Source: Escherichia phage vB_EcoM_RZ. From it: DNA of 64,000 nt. The notes under the pieces were generated by a model. It was not told the DNA's origin, did no database searches, and saw only the letters and a list, made by a program, of their open reading frames with translations. The number at the start of each line of letters is the position of its first letter. Positions within the stretch are counted from its first letter, which is position 1. A program made the translations under genes and the position numbers. Below are positions 54,381 through 64,000 of the stretch, in pieces. The DNA lies in sequence record MW598459; one strand, given 5' to 3'.

Positions 54381-56119
54381 TTAATATGTCAGATAATGTA
54401 AGTTGGTTCGTCGGTGTTGTCGAAGACCGAATGGACCCACTTCAACAAGGCCGAGTCCGTGTCCGTGTATGGGGTATGCATCCATATGAGAAATCGCAAG
54501 GGCCTGTAAAAGGTATCAGAACTGAAGACCTGCCATGGATGTCTGTACTGATGCCAACATCATCTGCATCAGTTTCTGGTATTCAAACTGCAATGACCGG
54601 TATGGTGCCAGGGACTCAAGTATATGGTCACTTTTTAGACAAGTGGAAACTCAACGGGCTTGTTATTGGTACGTATGGTTCAGCCTCAAGACAAAAAGCA
54701 AATCCCAACGAAGGCTTCTCTGACCCCACAGGACAATATCCACTTTATGTAGGTAATGATGCTGCTGCGCTCAACCGTGGCGGTGAGGTTGGTTATGATG
54801 CAACTTCGAACGTAATTCAGGATGCAAACACCGATGTAGGTATTAACCCTGATGGCCTTGATTTGAGTCAAGTTAAGCCAGATGATAATCCTAATTTCAC
54901 AATTGAAAATATGCTTCACCGTGATGAAGGTCTTCGTTTGAAAGTATATTGGGACACCGAAGGTTATCCTACTATAGGTATAGGACACTTAATTGCACCA
55001 CAACCTATTAGAGATATGAATCAGATAAACAAAATATTATCTAATCAAATAGGCCGTGAAGTTAAAGGTAACCCTGGTGCAATATCAATGGACGAGGCTT
55101 CTAAGTTATTCCAGGAAGACCTTAAAAAAGTTCAAAACGATATAGGCCGGCATAGTGTTGTAGGCCCGGTTTACAATAAAGAAAACCGTTCGAGACAAAT
55201 GGCTCTTGAAAACATGGCTTTCCAAATGGGATTGGGTGGGCTTGCTAAATTTAAAACGATGCTCGCTGCAATGTTAGCCGGAGATTATAAGAAAGCATTT
55301 GATGCCGCCCGTGATTCTGTATGGTTTAACCAAACTAAAGGCCGTGCATCAAGGGTATCAATGATTATCCTCACAGGTAATATGGAATCATATGGTATTA
55401 TGGCCCCTAAAGAAAGGTCATTTAAAGGGCGTTCATATAGGATGATTCAAACCTTTGCAGCCCCTGCAAATTCTGACCCAGCCGACCCGTGGACTCCAGA
55501 AGATACGAGGATTTTGTTTAAAGAGCCAGAATCCAGTTACAAGGGCGAATATCCTTATGTGCAGACAATGCAAACTGAAGGCGGGCATGTTCAGGAATTC
55601 GATAACACCCCTGGACAAGAACGTTATCGACTGATTCACCCGACCGGTTCCTATGAGGAAGTTGCACCAGATGGTCGTAAGACTTCGAAGACAGTGGCTG
55701 ATGGATATTATATGACCCAGGGCGATTCGAGTACTTACGTTGGCGGTAATAATAAAGTCAACGTTGGTGGTGATGAAACCTATTATAATATGGCTAACGT
55801 TCGTCGTCAGACCGATGGAAACGAAAGCATTCATATTCGTGGGAATGAAACCAAAACCATTGAAGGTGACGGTACAATTATTGTCAAAGGTAATGTAAGT
55901 ATTCTGGTCGAAGGTAATGCTGAAATAACTGTTAAAGGTGACGCAAAAACTCTTGTCGAAGGTAACCATGATTATACGGTAAATGGTAATGTCAAATGGT
56001 CCGTTAATGGAAACGTTGATATGACCGTGGCTGGCAATTGGTCCGAAACAATGTCAACAATGAGTTCTATTGCATCTGGTCAATATACTATTGATGGTTC
56101 GAGGATTGACATTGGCTAA
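54377..56119 (+). CDS. 5: Baseplate hub / tail lysozyme gp5 (580 aa)
   Basis: Track ORF; OB-fold N-terminus, lysozyme domain YWDTEGYPTIGIGHL, C-terminal beta-helix VxGxxxxx repeats. Confidence 0.95.
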   Translation: MINMSDNVSWFVGVVEDRMDPLQQGRVRVRVWGMHPYEKSQGPVKGIRTEDLPWMSVLMPTSSASVSGIQTAMTGMVPGTQVYGHFLDKWKLNGLVIGTYGSASRQKANPNEGFSDPTGQYPLYVGNDAAALNRGGEVGYDATSNVIQDANTDVGINPDGLDLSQVKPDDNPNFTIENMLHRDEGLRLKVYWDTEGYPTIGIGHLIAPQPIRDMNQINKILSNQIGREVKGNPGAISMDEASKLFQEDLKKVQNDIGRHSVVGPVYNKENRSRQMALENMAFQMGLGGLAKFKTMLAAMLAGDYKKAFDAARDSVWFNQTKGRASRVSMIILTGNMESYGIMAPKERSFKGRSYRMIQTFAAPANSDPADPWTPEDTRILFKEPESSYKGEYPYVQTMQTEGGHVQEFDNTPGQERYRLIHPTGSYEEVAPDGRKTSKTVADGYYMTQGDSSTYVGGNNKVNVGGDETYYNMANVRRQTDGNESIHIRGNETKTIEGDGTIIVKGNVSILVEGNAEITVKGDAKTLVEGNHDYTVNGNVKWSVNGNVDMTVAGNWSETMSTMSSIASGQYTIDGSRIDIG

Positions 56120-56129
56120 TATACTTCCA

Positions 56130-56651
56130 ATGAGCACTGACCTAGGAGACTCCATGGAAGGAGCCTCAATCGATGTTACGTTTACGGCTCAATTAGAAAC
56201 AAACGAAACATTAGTCGAAATAAATATAACTGAATATGAGGCCACCCCTGGCGTTAATGTTGAGGAGAATCATCTTTATGGTGTTTATGAATCCGTGTTC
56301 GGATTCGCAGATGATGCACTTAAATATCGGCTTAATGATGAATTCAAAACTGCCGGTTCATGGGAAGACCTTCCTACCGATAAGAGTACTCAATTGTATC
56401 TCTGGAGGGCTCCAGCGAGCCTCCAGAAGGTCTTTTCATACACGGTAACCCTAACCTATGACTTTCAAGAAGAGAGCTCTGGTGGAGACACAGGGAGCTC
56501 CGGCGGCAGTAATAGCCGTGCAGGTAATGAGACCGACCCACCTCCTGCTCCAGTAAGAAAAACAATGACAAAAGTTTACACAAAAACTATCGTTGGTAAC
56601 TGGTCAAGATGGGCAGATAAACTGCGTTCATACGTATACGCGAGGGATTAA
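56130..56651 (+). CDS. 5.1: gp5.1-like hypothetical protein
   Basis: Track ORF 56070..56651 trimmed to ATG at 56130; position between 5 and 5.4. Confidence 0.5.
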   Translation: MSTDLGDSMEGASIDVTFTAQLETNETLVEINITEYEATPGVNVEENHLYGVYESVFGFADDALKYRLNDEFKTAGSWEDLPTDKSTQLYLWRAPASLQKVFSYTVTLTYDFQEESSGGDTGSSGGSNSRAGNETDPPPAPVRKTMTKVYTKTIVGNWSRWADKLRSYVYARD

Positions 56652-56944
56652 TGGCTGGATTAAGTTTTAATCAATGTGTTACAGCAGGCCACGAAGCATG
56701 GCCACCGACTGTAATTAATGCAACTCAAGGTAAAGTATTCACCGGGGGAATTCCGGTGTTAGTTGCCGGAGACCCTATTACCGAGCATACCGAAATTAAA
56801 AAACCATATGAAACTCACGGTGGAGTAACACAACCGCGCACATCAAAAGTATTTGTTACCGGTAAGAAAGCTGTTCAAATGGCAGACCCGATTTCATGTG
56901 GTGATACTGTGGCTCAAGCCTCATCAAAAGTCTTTATAAAATAG
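56651..56944 (+). CDS. 5.4: PAAR-repeat spike tip protein gp5.4 (97 aa)
   Basis: Track ORF; same length and position as T4 gp5.4; Cys/His pattern typical of PAAR proteins. Confidence 0.8.
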   Translation: MAGLSFNQCVTAGHEAWPPTVINATQGKVFTGGIPVLVAGDPITEHTEIKKPYETHGGVTQPRTSKVFVTGKKAVQMADPISCGDTVAQASSKVFIK

Positions 56945-56952
56945 GAAATAAA

Positions 56953-58899
56953 ATGGCTACTCCTACGAATTACCAATTAACAAGAACCGTTAACGCTATC
57001 CCAAAAGTATTTGTGGGAGCTACGTTTGAAGAAATTAAAAAGAACATCATCGACTGGTTATCAAGCCAGGATGAATTTAAGGATTATGATTTCGTAGGTT
57101 CGCGAATGAATATCCTGATTGATATGCTTGCGTATAATACACTTTATATGCAGCAGTTTGCTAATACAGCAGTTTATGAATCATTTATCGGAACTGCAAA
57201 CTTAAGGTCTTCGGTTGTTCAGGCGGCACAGGATAATGGATATCTTCCATCTTCACGTTCGGCCGCAAAGACTTCGGTTATGTTGACATGTTCTCATGCT
57301 CTACAACCATCGAATATTGAAATCCCACGAGGAACTAAATTCCTGGCCTATGCTCGTGATACATCAGCTGACCCTTATGTTTTTGTTACCACGGAAAACG
57401 TTATCGCGGTTAAAGATATTAACAACCAATACCTTCCGATTGTATCTCTGGCACAGGGTCGTATTATTCGTACGGAACTTTTATATGACCCGAAACAACC
57501 TATTCTTATCCGCGACCCGGATATCGACCGCAAAGAAGTTAAGTTATATGTGAATGGTGTTGAGTGGGATGACTGGACGAACAAATCAATGGTTCATGCT
57601 GGTTCGACTTCCACCATATTTTATATGCGTGAAACAATCGATGGCTATACCGAATTTTTCTTTGGTGAAGGTGAATCCACCAAATCTGTAGCTGGTGGTG
57701 TTATGGAAGCCAACTATATTGGCGGTCTCAAACCTGTGCAAGATTCGACAATTGTTATTGAATATCTTCGTACCTCAGGGGCAGATGCAAACGGTGCTGT
57801 TGATTTCAGTTATGCCGATACTTTGTCCTATATAACAGTGGATAAAATTACTGAAAACTATAATAACGACCCTGATTATGTCGGTGCCGATGGCGGTGGT
57901 GACCCAGAAGATATCGAACGTATCCGTGAACTAGCTGTTGTTAAACGTGAAGCGCAGATGCGTGCTGTCACCGGAACGGATTATGATACCTTCGTATCCG
58001 AAAGATTTGGCTCAATCGTGCAAGCCGTACAGACGTTTACAGACGCTAATAAACCTGGGTATGCGTTTATATCAGTTAAGCCTAAATCGGGCTTGTATCT
58101 CACTGCAGTGCAGCGTGAGGACATCCAGAACTACCTTAGCGAGTTCAACGTATCAACAATTACACCATCGGTAATTTCTCCGGATTATTTGTTCCTTAAA
58201 CATAATATCAAAGTATCTTATGCGCTGAACAAATTACAAGAATCTGAACAATGGTTGCAAGCACAAATCATTAATCAGATTGACCGTTATTATATCGATG
58301 AAGTTGAAATCTTTAACAGAAGTTTTGCTAAGTCAAAAATGCTTACATATGTGGATAATACTGACCATAGTATTCTTGGTTCATCTGCAACCATTTCGAT
58401 GGTGCGTGAAGTCCTGAACTTCTTTAAGACTCCAGAATCCGGCATTAAATACTATAACCAGTATGGCAACCGTTCAGTCGAATCAAGTGAATTTGAATTT
58501 GTTCCGACCACGGGTGAAGCCTATAACGTTCGCATTGTCGCAACTGATAAAGATTCTCGTGGTGACGGTAAAATGGTAATTGGTCCATTCCGTCCAGGCG
58601 ATGTTATTGAAAATGTAAACATCCAGCCTTACCTACTAGATGACTTTAATAAAATGGAAGCTCCGGCTGACCAAACAGTTTATTACGCAATTGGCGAAAT
58701 TGACTATTACTCTGATTATATTTTTTGGGATATCGCTGCGATTGGATTGACCTCCGACCGCTTTGAAGTTCAATCAATCGAACTTTATGCAAGCCCTAAC
58801 CAAGATAATATATACACGCAAGATGGTTCACTGATTGTATTTGAGAATGACCTTCGTCCGCAATATACAAAGATTGACCTTGAACCAATTACACTATAA
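56953..58899 (+). CDS. 6: Baseplate wedge protein gp6 (648 aa)
   Basis: Track ORF; synteny and size. Confidence 0.88.
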   Translation: MATPTNYQLTRTVNAIPKVFVGATFEEIKKNIIDWLSSQDEFKDYDFVGSRMNILIDMLAYNTLYMQQFANTAVYESFIGTANLRSSVVQAAQDNGYLPSSRSAAKTSVMLTCSHALQPSNIEIPRGTKFLAYARDTSADPYVFVTTENVIAVKDINNQYLPIVSLAQGRIIRTELLYDPKQPILIRDPDIDRKEVKLYVNGVEWDDWTNKSMVHAGSTSTIFYMRETIDGYTEFFFGEGESTKSVAGGVMEANYIGGLKPVQDSTIVIEYLRTSGADANGAVDFSYADTLSYITVDKITENYNNDPDYVGADGGGDPEDIERIRELAVVKREAQMRAVTGTDYDTFVSERFGSIVQAVQTFTDANKPGYAFISVKPKSGLYLTAVQREDIQNYLSEFNVSTITPSVISPDYLFLKHNIKVSYALNKLQESEQWLQAQIINQIDRYYIDEVEIFNRSFAKSKMLTYVDNTDHSILGSSATISMVREVLNFFKTPESGIKYYNQYGNRSVESSEFEFVPTTGEAYNVRIVATDKDSRGDGKMVIGPFRPGDVIENVNIQPYLLDDFNKMEAPADQTVYYAIGEIDYYSDYIFWDIAAIGLTSDRFEVQSIELYASPNQDNIYTQDGSLIVFENDLRPQYTKIDLEPITL

Positions 58900-58918
58900 G
58901 CCTCTTCGGAGGCTTTTT
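58899..58918 (+). terminator. Intrinsic terminator (AGCCTC-TTCG-GAGGCT then T5)
   Basis: Perfect stem with UUCG tetraloop and T-run between gp6 and gp7. Confidence 0.6.
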
Positions 58919-58927
58919 AAGGAAACC

Positions 58928-61900
58928 ATGATGAGTGTTAAAGCCCCTTATGTAACCAGCTTACGGATTGATAAACTATCTGCTAACCAGGTTAGCATAA
59001 AATGGGATAATGTTGGCGCCAACTTTTATTATTTTGTTGAGATTGCTCCGACAAAAGAAAATGGTGTTGCTATTCCAGAAGAAAATCTGTTATGGAGGAA
59101 TTTAGGTTATACTCCAGACAATGAATGGTTCGAACAAGATTTTATTCGTCCAGTATCATTTTACAAAATGCGTGTTGCTGTTGCAGCAATGGGTTTTGAA
59201 CAATCTGATTGGGTTTATACCGAAGAATTTGAAACCTTTGCAACTAACGCATACACATTTGAACACATGCGTGAGTTTACATTAACAAATAAATTCATCG
59301 AAGAAAAATTCACAAACAATAATCAGGCTTATATCAACTTTAATAATGATGCAATTATGGCATCGTTGATGTCTGAAGATTTTAGCTTTACTCCTGCCTA
59401 TTCTCATTTGTCTTCAATTTCAAACTATGTATTAAAAGAAGACCAATATCACGAAATTCAGGGTAGTATTCAGCCAGTGTGTAACGATGTTAATCGTACG
59501 ATGATTGCTGAACTCGGTGGTGTACTGTATTTGTTTGAACGATTCCAGACAACGGTCAAAGTCTCCAATGATAAAGGGCAGAACTGGTATTATGTAAAAT
59601 TGTTTAATGACCGTATCGGTAACCCGGTTTCGCGCACAATTTATTATCAATCAGATACGACAACTTACGTACTCGGGTATGACCGAATTTTTTACGGTCG
59701 CAAATCAAGTGATATAAGATGGTCTGCTGATGATGTTCGATTCAGTTCTCAGGATATAACATTTGCAAAAATTGGTTCGGATATCAATCTCGGATTTGAT
59801 ATTGAAATATTTGGCACATACGCAAGACTCCCGGCATACATCTCGACAATTGCCGAAGCAATTACTACCACCGATTCCATGATTTACGTTGCCGGGCGCG
59901 ACCGCGTATACAAGGCTAAATCTTCTGATGCTCCAATTGATAACGACCCTAACTCTCCAACATTCGGTGAAAAATTATTTGAAGCTGGATATAGTACAAT
60001 AAGCGGCAACCCAAAAGCTGTTTGTTACAAGATGGATTCAATTGACGGTGAAGTGTTTGCATTAATCACGGGTGAAGTAAAGGAAGAACGCCAAGACCCG
60101 ACTAAGCCTGAAAACGTTGTCGATTCATTATCAAAGGGCGTTTATAAATTAAATACCGATACCGATACATGGACACGAGTTTTTGGTAATACAGAGGATG
60201 AACGTCGCCGTATTGAACATGGTTACACAAGCATGTCAACTGATGGAATTGAACTTTTTATCAGTTCAAGTAACTTCCGTTATTCCGTTGAGCCAGATAC
60301 CGAACTCCCTGCTAAGTATCCTGAAGAAGTTAACGAAGCAGTCAAATATGTGTATGATGAACAATGGATACATGACAAGCATTATTTGATGATGAGTTTT
60401 AGGTCGAATAAAGATTCAGGTTGGGAAGAGTTTAAACCTGGACGTATGTCATATTACGCTGAACCGTTCTTTAACTGGTCTCGCCGTGATGATACTCGTT
60501 GTTGGATTACCACATCAGACAGAGCTCTGGTTGTATATAATGACATGCTGTATCAAAAGATTATCGATACCTTTGGTGGTTCATCCCCTGAACGTATTGT
60601 GCACGAATACTGGAATAAAGGTCAAGTGAAAGTTACTTCTCCTAACATCGAATTCAATGGCTTTAAAAAATATGCCTCGGGTATTATGTTACATAAAAAT
60701 ACTGGTGAGCTTATTGGTTATTTTGAATTCGACTATCGTATGCGTGATGAAGTTAGATTAATCTGGAAACCGAAAGAAGTTATGTTCACTGCAGAATTAC
60801 AGAACCAGGAACATGATATTCCATGGACCCCGGATAATGATGAACAAGAGAAAGACCCGGACTTGCGTCCTCTTTTAACAAAGATGGTTCCGGATAGTTA
60901 TTTGCTCCAGGATAGCAACTTCGAAAAATTCTGTGAATATTATTTGCAGTTTATCAGTGATGGTTCTGGCACATATTATAACAACCTTTTGAACTTGATT
61001 CGCAACCAATACCCACGCGAGGAAGATGCATGGGAATACCTTTGGAGTGAAATGTACAAAAGAAATATATATTTGTCAAAGACCAAGCGTGACGAAGTAG
61101 TTCGTTTCTTTGAAGCAAGACAGTCTGATTTTTGGGCAACCAAGGGGACTGAAGCATCCTATAAGTTTTTATTCAAATTGTTATATAATGAAGACGTTGA
61201 AATCGATATTGAATCCAAGAACGGAACCGAGTATGACATAATCGTCGAATCTGATAACATCAGCGAAGATATTGTTGGACAAACAATTTACACACCAACT
61301 GGCCGCAGTAACGTTACCTATATGGAGCGTGACTACAAACAGGGTAAATTGAGATGGCGTATCACGATTCATAACTTGCTTGGTCGCTTTATTGTTGGGC
61401 AAGAAATTAAATCCGAAAGGACTTCCTTTGAAGGCATGATTGTTCAGGGTGTTCGCGGAAAAGAATTACTTAGCAACAACATCGATTATATCAACCGAAA
61501 TCGTTCTTACTATGTAATGACCATTAAATCAAGTCTCCCAACATCTCGTTATCGTAATGACGTATTGAGATTTGTTCATCCGGTTGGATTTGGATTCGTT
61601 GGAATTACATTATTGACAATGTTTGTTAATGCTGGTCTGTCATTAAAACACACAGAAACCATTATCAATAAACTGAACAACTATCGTTGGTCGTCGGGTA
61701 TTCCGTCAGAATGGTGTGACCGTATCGCAGTTATTGGAGCCGATGGAAACATTGAGCATAATGCTGTTACAGGCGAAGCAGTATATAATATTGCTCCTAA
61801 CGCAGGTTTACCGTTCCCATTACCAGCAGATTATGACGCCGAAAACGATTTTTCAGATTTTCATGGGACTCTCCCATCTGAACGTCGTAAAAAATACAGT

Positions 61901-62026
61901 CCATTGTTTGACCAGTCCGCCGTGACTTTTGCTAACTGGCGCAATTTGGTTAATCAACGTCTTAAGGATGATATTGGTAATCCACGCGACCCGAAAGACC
62001 CCACACAGGTAAAGGTAAATGAATAA
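58928..62026 (+). CDS. 7: Baseplate wedge protein gp7
   Basis: Track ORF 58835..62026 trimmed to ATG at 58928 (MMSVKAPYVTSL...); size and synteny. Confidence 0.88.
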   Translation: MMSVKAPYVTSLRIDKLSANQVSIKWDNVGANFYYFVEIAPTKENGVAIPEENLLWRNLGYTPDNEWFEQDFIRPVSFYKMRVAVAAMGFEQSDWVYTEEFETFATNAYTFEHMREFTLTNKFIEEKFTNNNQAYINFNNDAIMASLMSEDFSFTPAYSHLSSISNYVLKEDQYHEIQGSIQPVCNDVNRTMIAELGGVLYLFERFQTTVKVSNDKGQNWYYVKLFNDRIGNPVSRTIYYQSDTTTYVLGYDRIFYGRKSSDIRWSADDVRFSSQDITFAKIGSDINLGFDIEIFGTYARLPAYISTIAEAITTTDSMIYVAGRDRVYKAKSSDAPIDNDPNSPTFGEKLFEAGYSTISGNPKAVCYKMDSIDGEVFALITGEVKEERQDPTKPENVVDSLSKGVYKLNTDTDTWTRVFGNTEDERRRIEHGYTSMSTDGIELFISSSNFRYSVEPDTELPAKYPEEVNEAVKYVYDEQWIHDKHYLMMSFRSNKDSGWEEFKPGRMSYYAEPFFNWSRRDDTRCWITTSDRALVVYNDMLYQKIIDTFGGSSPERIVHEYWNKGQVKVTSPNIEFNGFKKYASGIMLHKNTGELIGYFEFDYRMRDEVRLIWKPKEVMFTAELQNQEHDIPWTPDNDEQEKDPDLRPLLTKMVPDSYLLQDSNFEKFCEYYLQFISDGSGTYYNNLLNLIRNQYPREEDAWEYLWSEMYKRNIYLSKTKRDEVVRFFEARQSDFWATKGTEASYKFLFKLLYNEDVEIDIESKNGTEYDIIVESDNISEDIVGQTIYTPTGRSNVTYMERDYKQGKLRWRITIHNLLGRFIVGQEIKSERTSFEGMIVQGVRGKELLSNNIDYINRNRSYYVMTIKSSLPTSRYRNDVLRFVHPVGFGFVGITLLTMFVNAGLSLKHTETIINKLNNYRWSSGIPSEWCDRIAVIGADGNIEHNAVTGEAVYNIAPNAGLPFPLPADYDAENDFSDFHGTLPSERRKKYSPLFDQSAVTFANWRNLVNQRLKDDIGNPRDPKDPTQVKVNE

Positions 62027-63023
62027 TTCATCTGTAGTTTATCGTTCGATAATTACCTCGAAATTTCGAACTGAAAAAATGTATAACTTTTATAAAATGA
62101 TTGGCAACGAGCCCGACCAGAATACGATGTATGTAACATTCGGTCGTGCTGAACCCTGGGCATCAAATGAGAATGACCCGGGGTTCGCCCCGCCTTATCC
62201 GGTTGATACGGCACAAGGTGTTGAAGATACTTGGACAAATATGATGGGTGCAGTCAAAGTTTATAAGTCAATGCTTGATTGTGTTGTCCCACGTAAAGAC
62301 TGGGGCGATATTAGATATCCTAATCCGCTTAACTTCCAGGTAGGGGAAATTGTTGTAGCTAACAGTGCTCCGTATAACCGAACTGATGTTGGTAAAGGTT
62401 GGATGGTTTATCGTTGTGTAGACGTTCCTGATGTTGGGACTTGCTCCATTTATTCTATTATCAATAAAGAAGAGTGTTTAAAACTCGGTGGTAAATGGAC
62501 TGCAGAATATAACTCGACGAGAGCTCCAGCTGGGACTGGCGATACAGAAGGACGAGTCGATATGGGCGATGGTTATCTCTGGGAATATTTGTATGAGATT
62601 CCACCTGATGTATCCATCAACCGTTGTACTAACGAATATATTGTTGTTCCATGGCCTGAAGAAATCGAAGAAGACCCATCACGTTGGGGCTACAAAGACA
62701 ATATCAGCTGGCAACAAGATGATTTCGGTTTAATATACAGAATCAAAGGATATACAATCAGATTTAAAGCATTTATGGATTCCATTTATTTCCCAGAGTT
62801 CAGTCTCCCGGGGAACAAAGGTTTCCGCCAGCTGTCGATTATATCCAACCCACTTGAAGTTAAAGTACATCCTAATGACCCAAATATCAAAGCAATCAAA
62901 GAATACTACGATGCAATTGATTTGGACCGTCATTCCGGGGAAATGATTTATATGGAAAACCGCCCACCGATTATTCGTGCAATGGACCAGACAGAAGAAG
63001 TTAACATTATTTTTGAATTCTAA
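62019..63023 (+). CDS. 8: Baseplate wedge protein gp8 (334 aa)
   Basis: Track ORF; identical length to T4 gp8; synteny. Confidence 0.88.
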   Translation: MNNSSVVYRSIITSKFRTEKMYNFYKMIGNEPDQNTMYVTFGRAEPWASNENDPGFAPPYPVDTAQGVEDTWTNMMGAVKVYKSMLDCVVPRKDWGDIRYPNPLNFQVGEIVVANSAPYNRTDVGKGWMVYRCVDVPDVGTCSIYSIINKEECLKLGGKWTAEYNSTRAPAGTGDTEGRVDMGDGYLWEYLYEIPPDVSINRCTNEYIVVPWPEEIEEDPSRWGYKDNISWQQDDFGLIYRIKGYTIRFKAFMDSIYFPEFSLPGNKGFRQLSIISNPLEVKVHPNDPNIKAIKEYYDAIDLDRHSGEMIYMENRPPIIRAMDQTEEVNIIFEF

Positions 63024-63025
63024 CA

Positions 63026-63048
63026 AGGGACCTTCGGGTCCCTTTTTT
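63026..63048 (+). terminator. Intrinsic terminator (GGGACC-TTCG-GGTCCC then T6)
   Basis: Perfect stem, UUCG loop, T-run directly after gp8 stop. Confidence 0.65.
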
Positions 63049-63052
63049 ATTC

Positions 63053-63060
63053 TATAAATA
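63053..63060 (+). promoter_or_regulatory. Late promoter TATAAATA for gene 9
   Basis: Exact late consensus about 28 nt upstream of gp9 ATG. Confidence 0.6.
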
Positions 63061-63087
63061 TAGCTATATCAATAACGAGGCTTACCT

Positions 63088-63957
63088 ATGATTAATCAAA
63101 CCCCAAAATTATTAGTAGACATCGGCGAGATTGGTAACGCCAGCACCGGTGATATTCTATATGAAGGCGGTCGTAAACTGAACGTGGATTTAGACAGTTT
63201 GTATAATACATTCGGCGACCAGCGTCTGTACTCTGTGAACAATGGAGAAAACTCCCAGGTACTTCATGCTACTGGCTACTATCAAAAAGCCACAAATATC
63301 ATCGAATGGAACTCAACTGTTGCTCTCGGTTCTATGCGGGATGTCAATACTGCCGAAGGCGTTATCACTGCAAGAATTGCAAAAGGTAAAGCAGGCGAAG
63401 GTGTTATCTTTATTAACTCCAATGGTTCATTATCCACCTCGTTGCCTCTGGAAGTTGAACTACAAGGCACAGATTCATTCCTGACTGCTGCAACGAACAA
63501 AATGAAATTTACTCAGCCTTATACAAAAATTACATTGTGGTGTATTGACGATGCTAACGGCGTAGGGACCTGGGACTACAAAATTGAAAGTATGTTTGGC
63601 AACCAATCTGTATTGCTCGACAAAACATACAATATGAGCTCGGTTGTTCGTGATATTCCACTTGCTTTCCGTGCAGATTATAAAACTATCAAATTGATGC
63701 TGACGGCTATTTCAACAGACGAAACTAAATACAAAGCATCAGAAATATTACTTTACATCGACCTTAAGGACCGCAAGGTATATAGCACAGAATACGCTGT
63801 AATCAGACGTGGACAAACCAATGAAGAAGATGAGATATATGCCATCGATTTTAGAATTGATAACCAGGATATCATTCAGGCGGCTATAAGCTCACCCACT
63901 GCCATGAAGCTCGCTATTAAAGTAATTTCCGCCCAAACAATCGGAGTACCGGTATAA
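63088..63957 (+). CDS. 9: Baseplate wedge / long tail fiber socket protein gp9 (289 aa)
   Basis: Track ORF; size and synteny with T4 gp9. Confidence 0.88.
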   Translation: MINQTPKLLVDIGEIGNASTGDILYEGGRKLNVDLDSLYNTFGDQRLYSVNNGENSQVLHATGYYQKATNIIEWNSTVALGSMRDVNTAEGVITARIAKGKAGEGVIFINSNGSLSTSLPLEVELQGTDSFLTAATNKMKFTQPYTKITLWCIDDANGVGTWDYKIESMFGNQSVLLDKTYNMSSVVRDIPLAFRADYKTIKLMLTAISTDETKYKASEILLYIDLKDRKVYSTEYAVIRRGQTNEEDEIYAIDFRIDNQDIIQAAISSPTAMKLAIKVISAQTIGVPV

Positions 63958-64000
63958 TGAAACAGAATTTAAAAATTGGCAATATGGTTGATGATGGTAC
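63957..64000 (+). CDS. 10: Baseplate wedge protein gp10, first 14 codons only (window edge)
   Basis: ATG overlapping gp9 stop (TAATG); MKQNLKIGNMVDDG matches T4 gp10 N-terminus from memory. Confidence 0.7.
   Translation, partial: MKQNLKIGNMVDDG

Noticed and set aside
55433-55969. 178-aa minus-strand ORF inside gene 5
   Set aside because: Antisense to the gp5 beta-helix region; repetitive composition mirrors the sense-strand repeats.
56935-56942. TATAAAAT upstream of gene 6 as a late promoter
   Set aside because: One mismatch from the strict TATAAATA late consensus and only 11 nt from the ATG; not called.
59432-61402. Several 60-75-aa minus-strand ORFs inside gene 7
   Set aside because: All nested antisense within the large gp7 ORF; no independent support.

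Overview
This window is a segment of a T4-like (Tevenvirinae) myovirus genome. Identification is by reading the six-frame translations and recalling T4 proteins from memory; no database search was run. Coordinates taken from the ORF track are exact; promoter, terminator, tRNA and small-ORF coordinates were derived by hand and may be off by 1-2 nt. Nearly all genes from 1 to ~53.7 kb are on the minus strand: replication and recombination (41, 40, uvsX, 43, regA, 62, 44, 45, rpbA, 46, 47, 55), anaerobic nucleotide metabolism (nrdH, nrdG, nrdD, 49, nrdC, tk), then regB, denV, e, nudE, two tRNAs, internal proteins, 57B, 57A, 1, 3, 2 and 4. The baseplate genes 53, 5, 5.1, 5.4, 6, 7, 8, 9 and the start of 10 follow on the plus strand. 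Between these conserved blocks lie accessory regions full of small ORFs, each flanked by repeated early-promoter/hairpin cassettes. The most interesting candidates are: an array of five internal-protein genes carrying the capsid-targeting leader; four tandem paralogs ending in W-V/Y-S/P-S-S-x-x-C; a lone plus-strand collagen-like gene; a Pol-beta-type nucleotidyltransferase beside a membrane protein; a macro-domain protein; and a Cys-rich putative nuclease between genes 2 and 4. The usual T-even slots for dCMP hydroxymethylase/beta-gt and alpha-gt hold only small ORFs.
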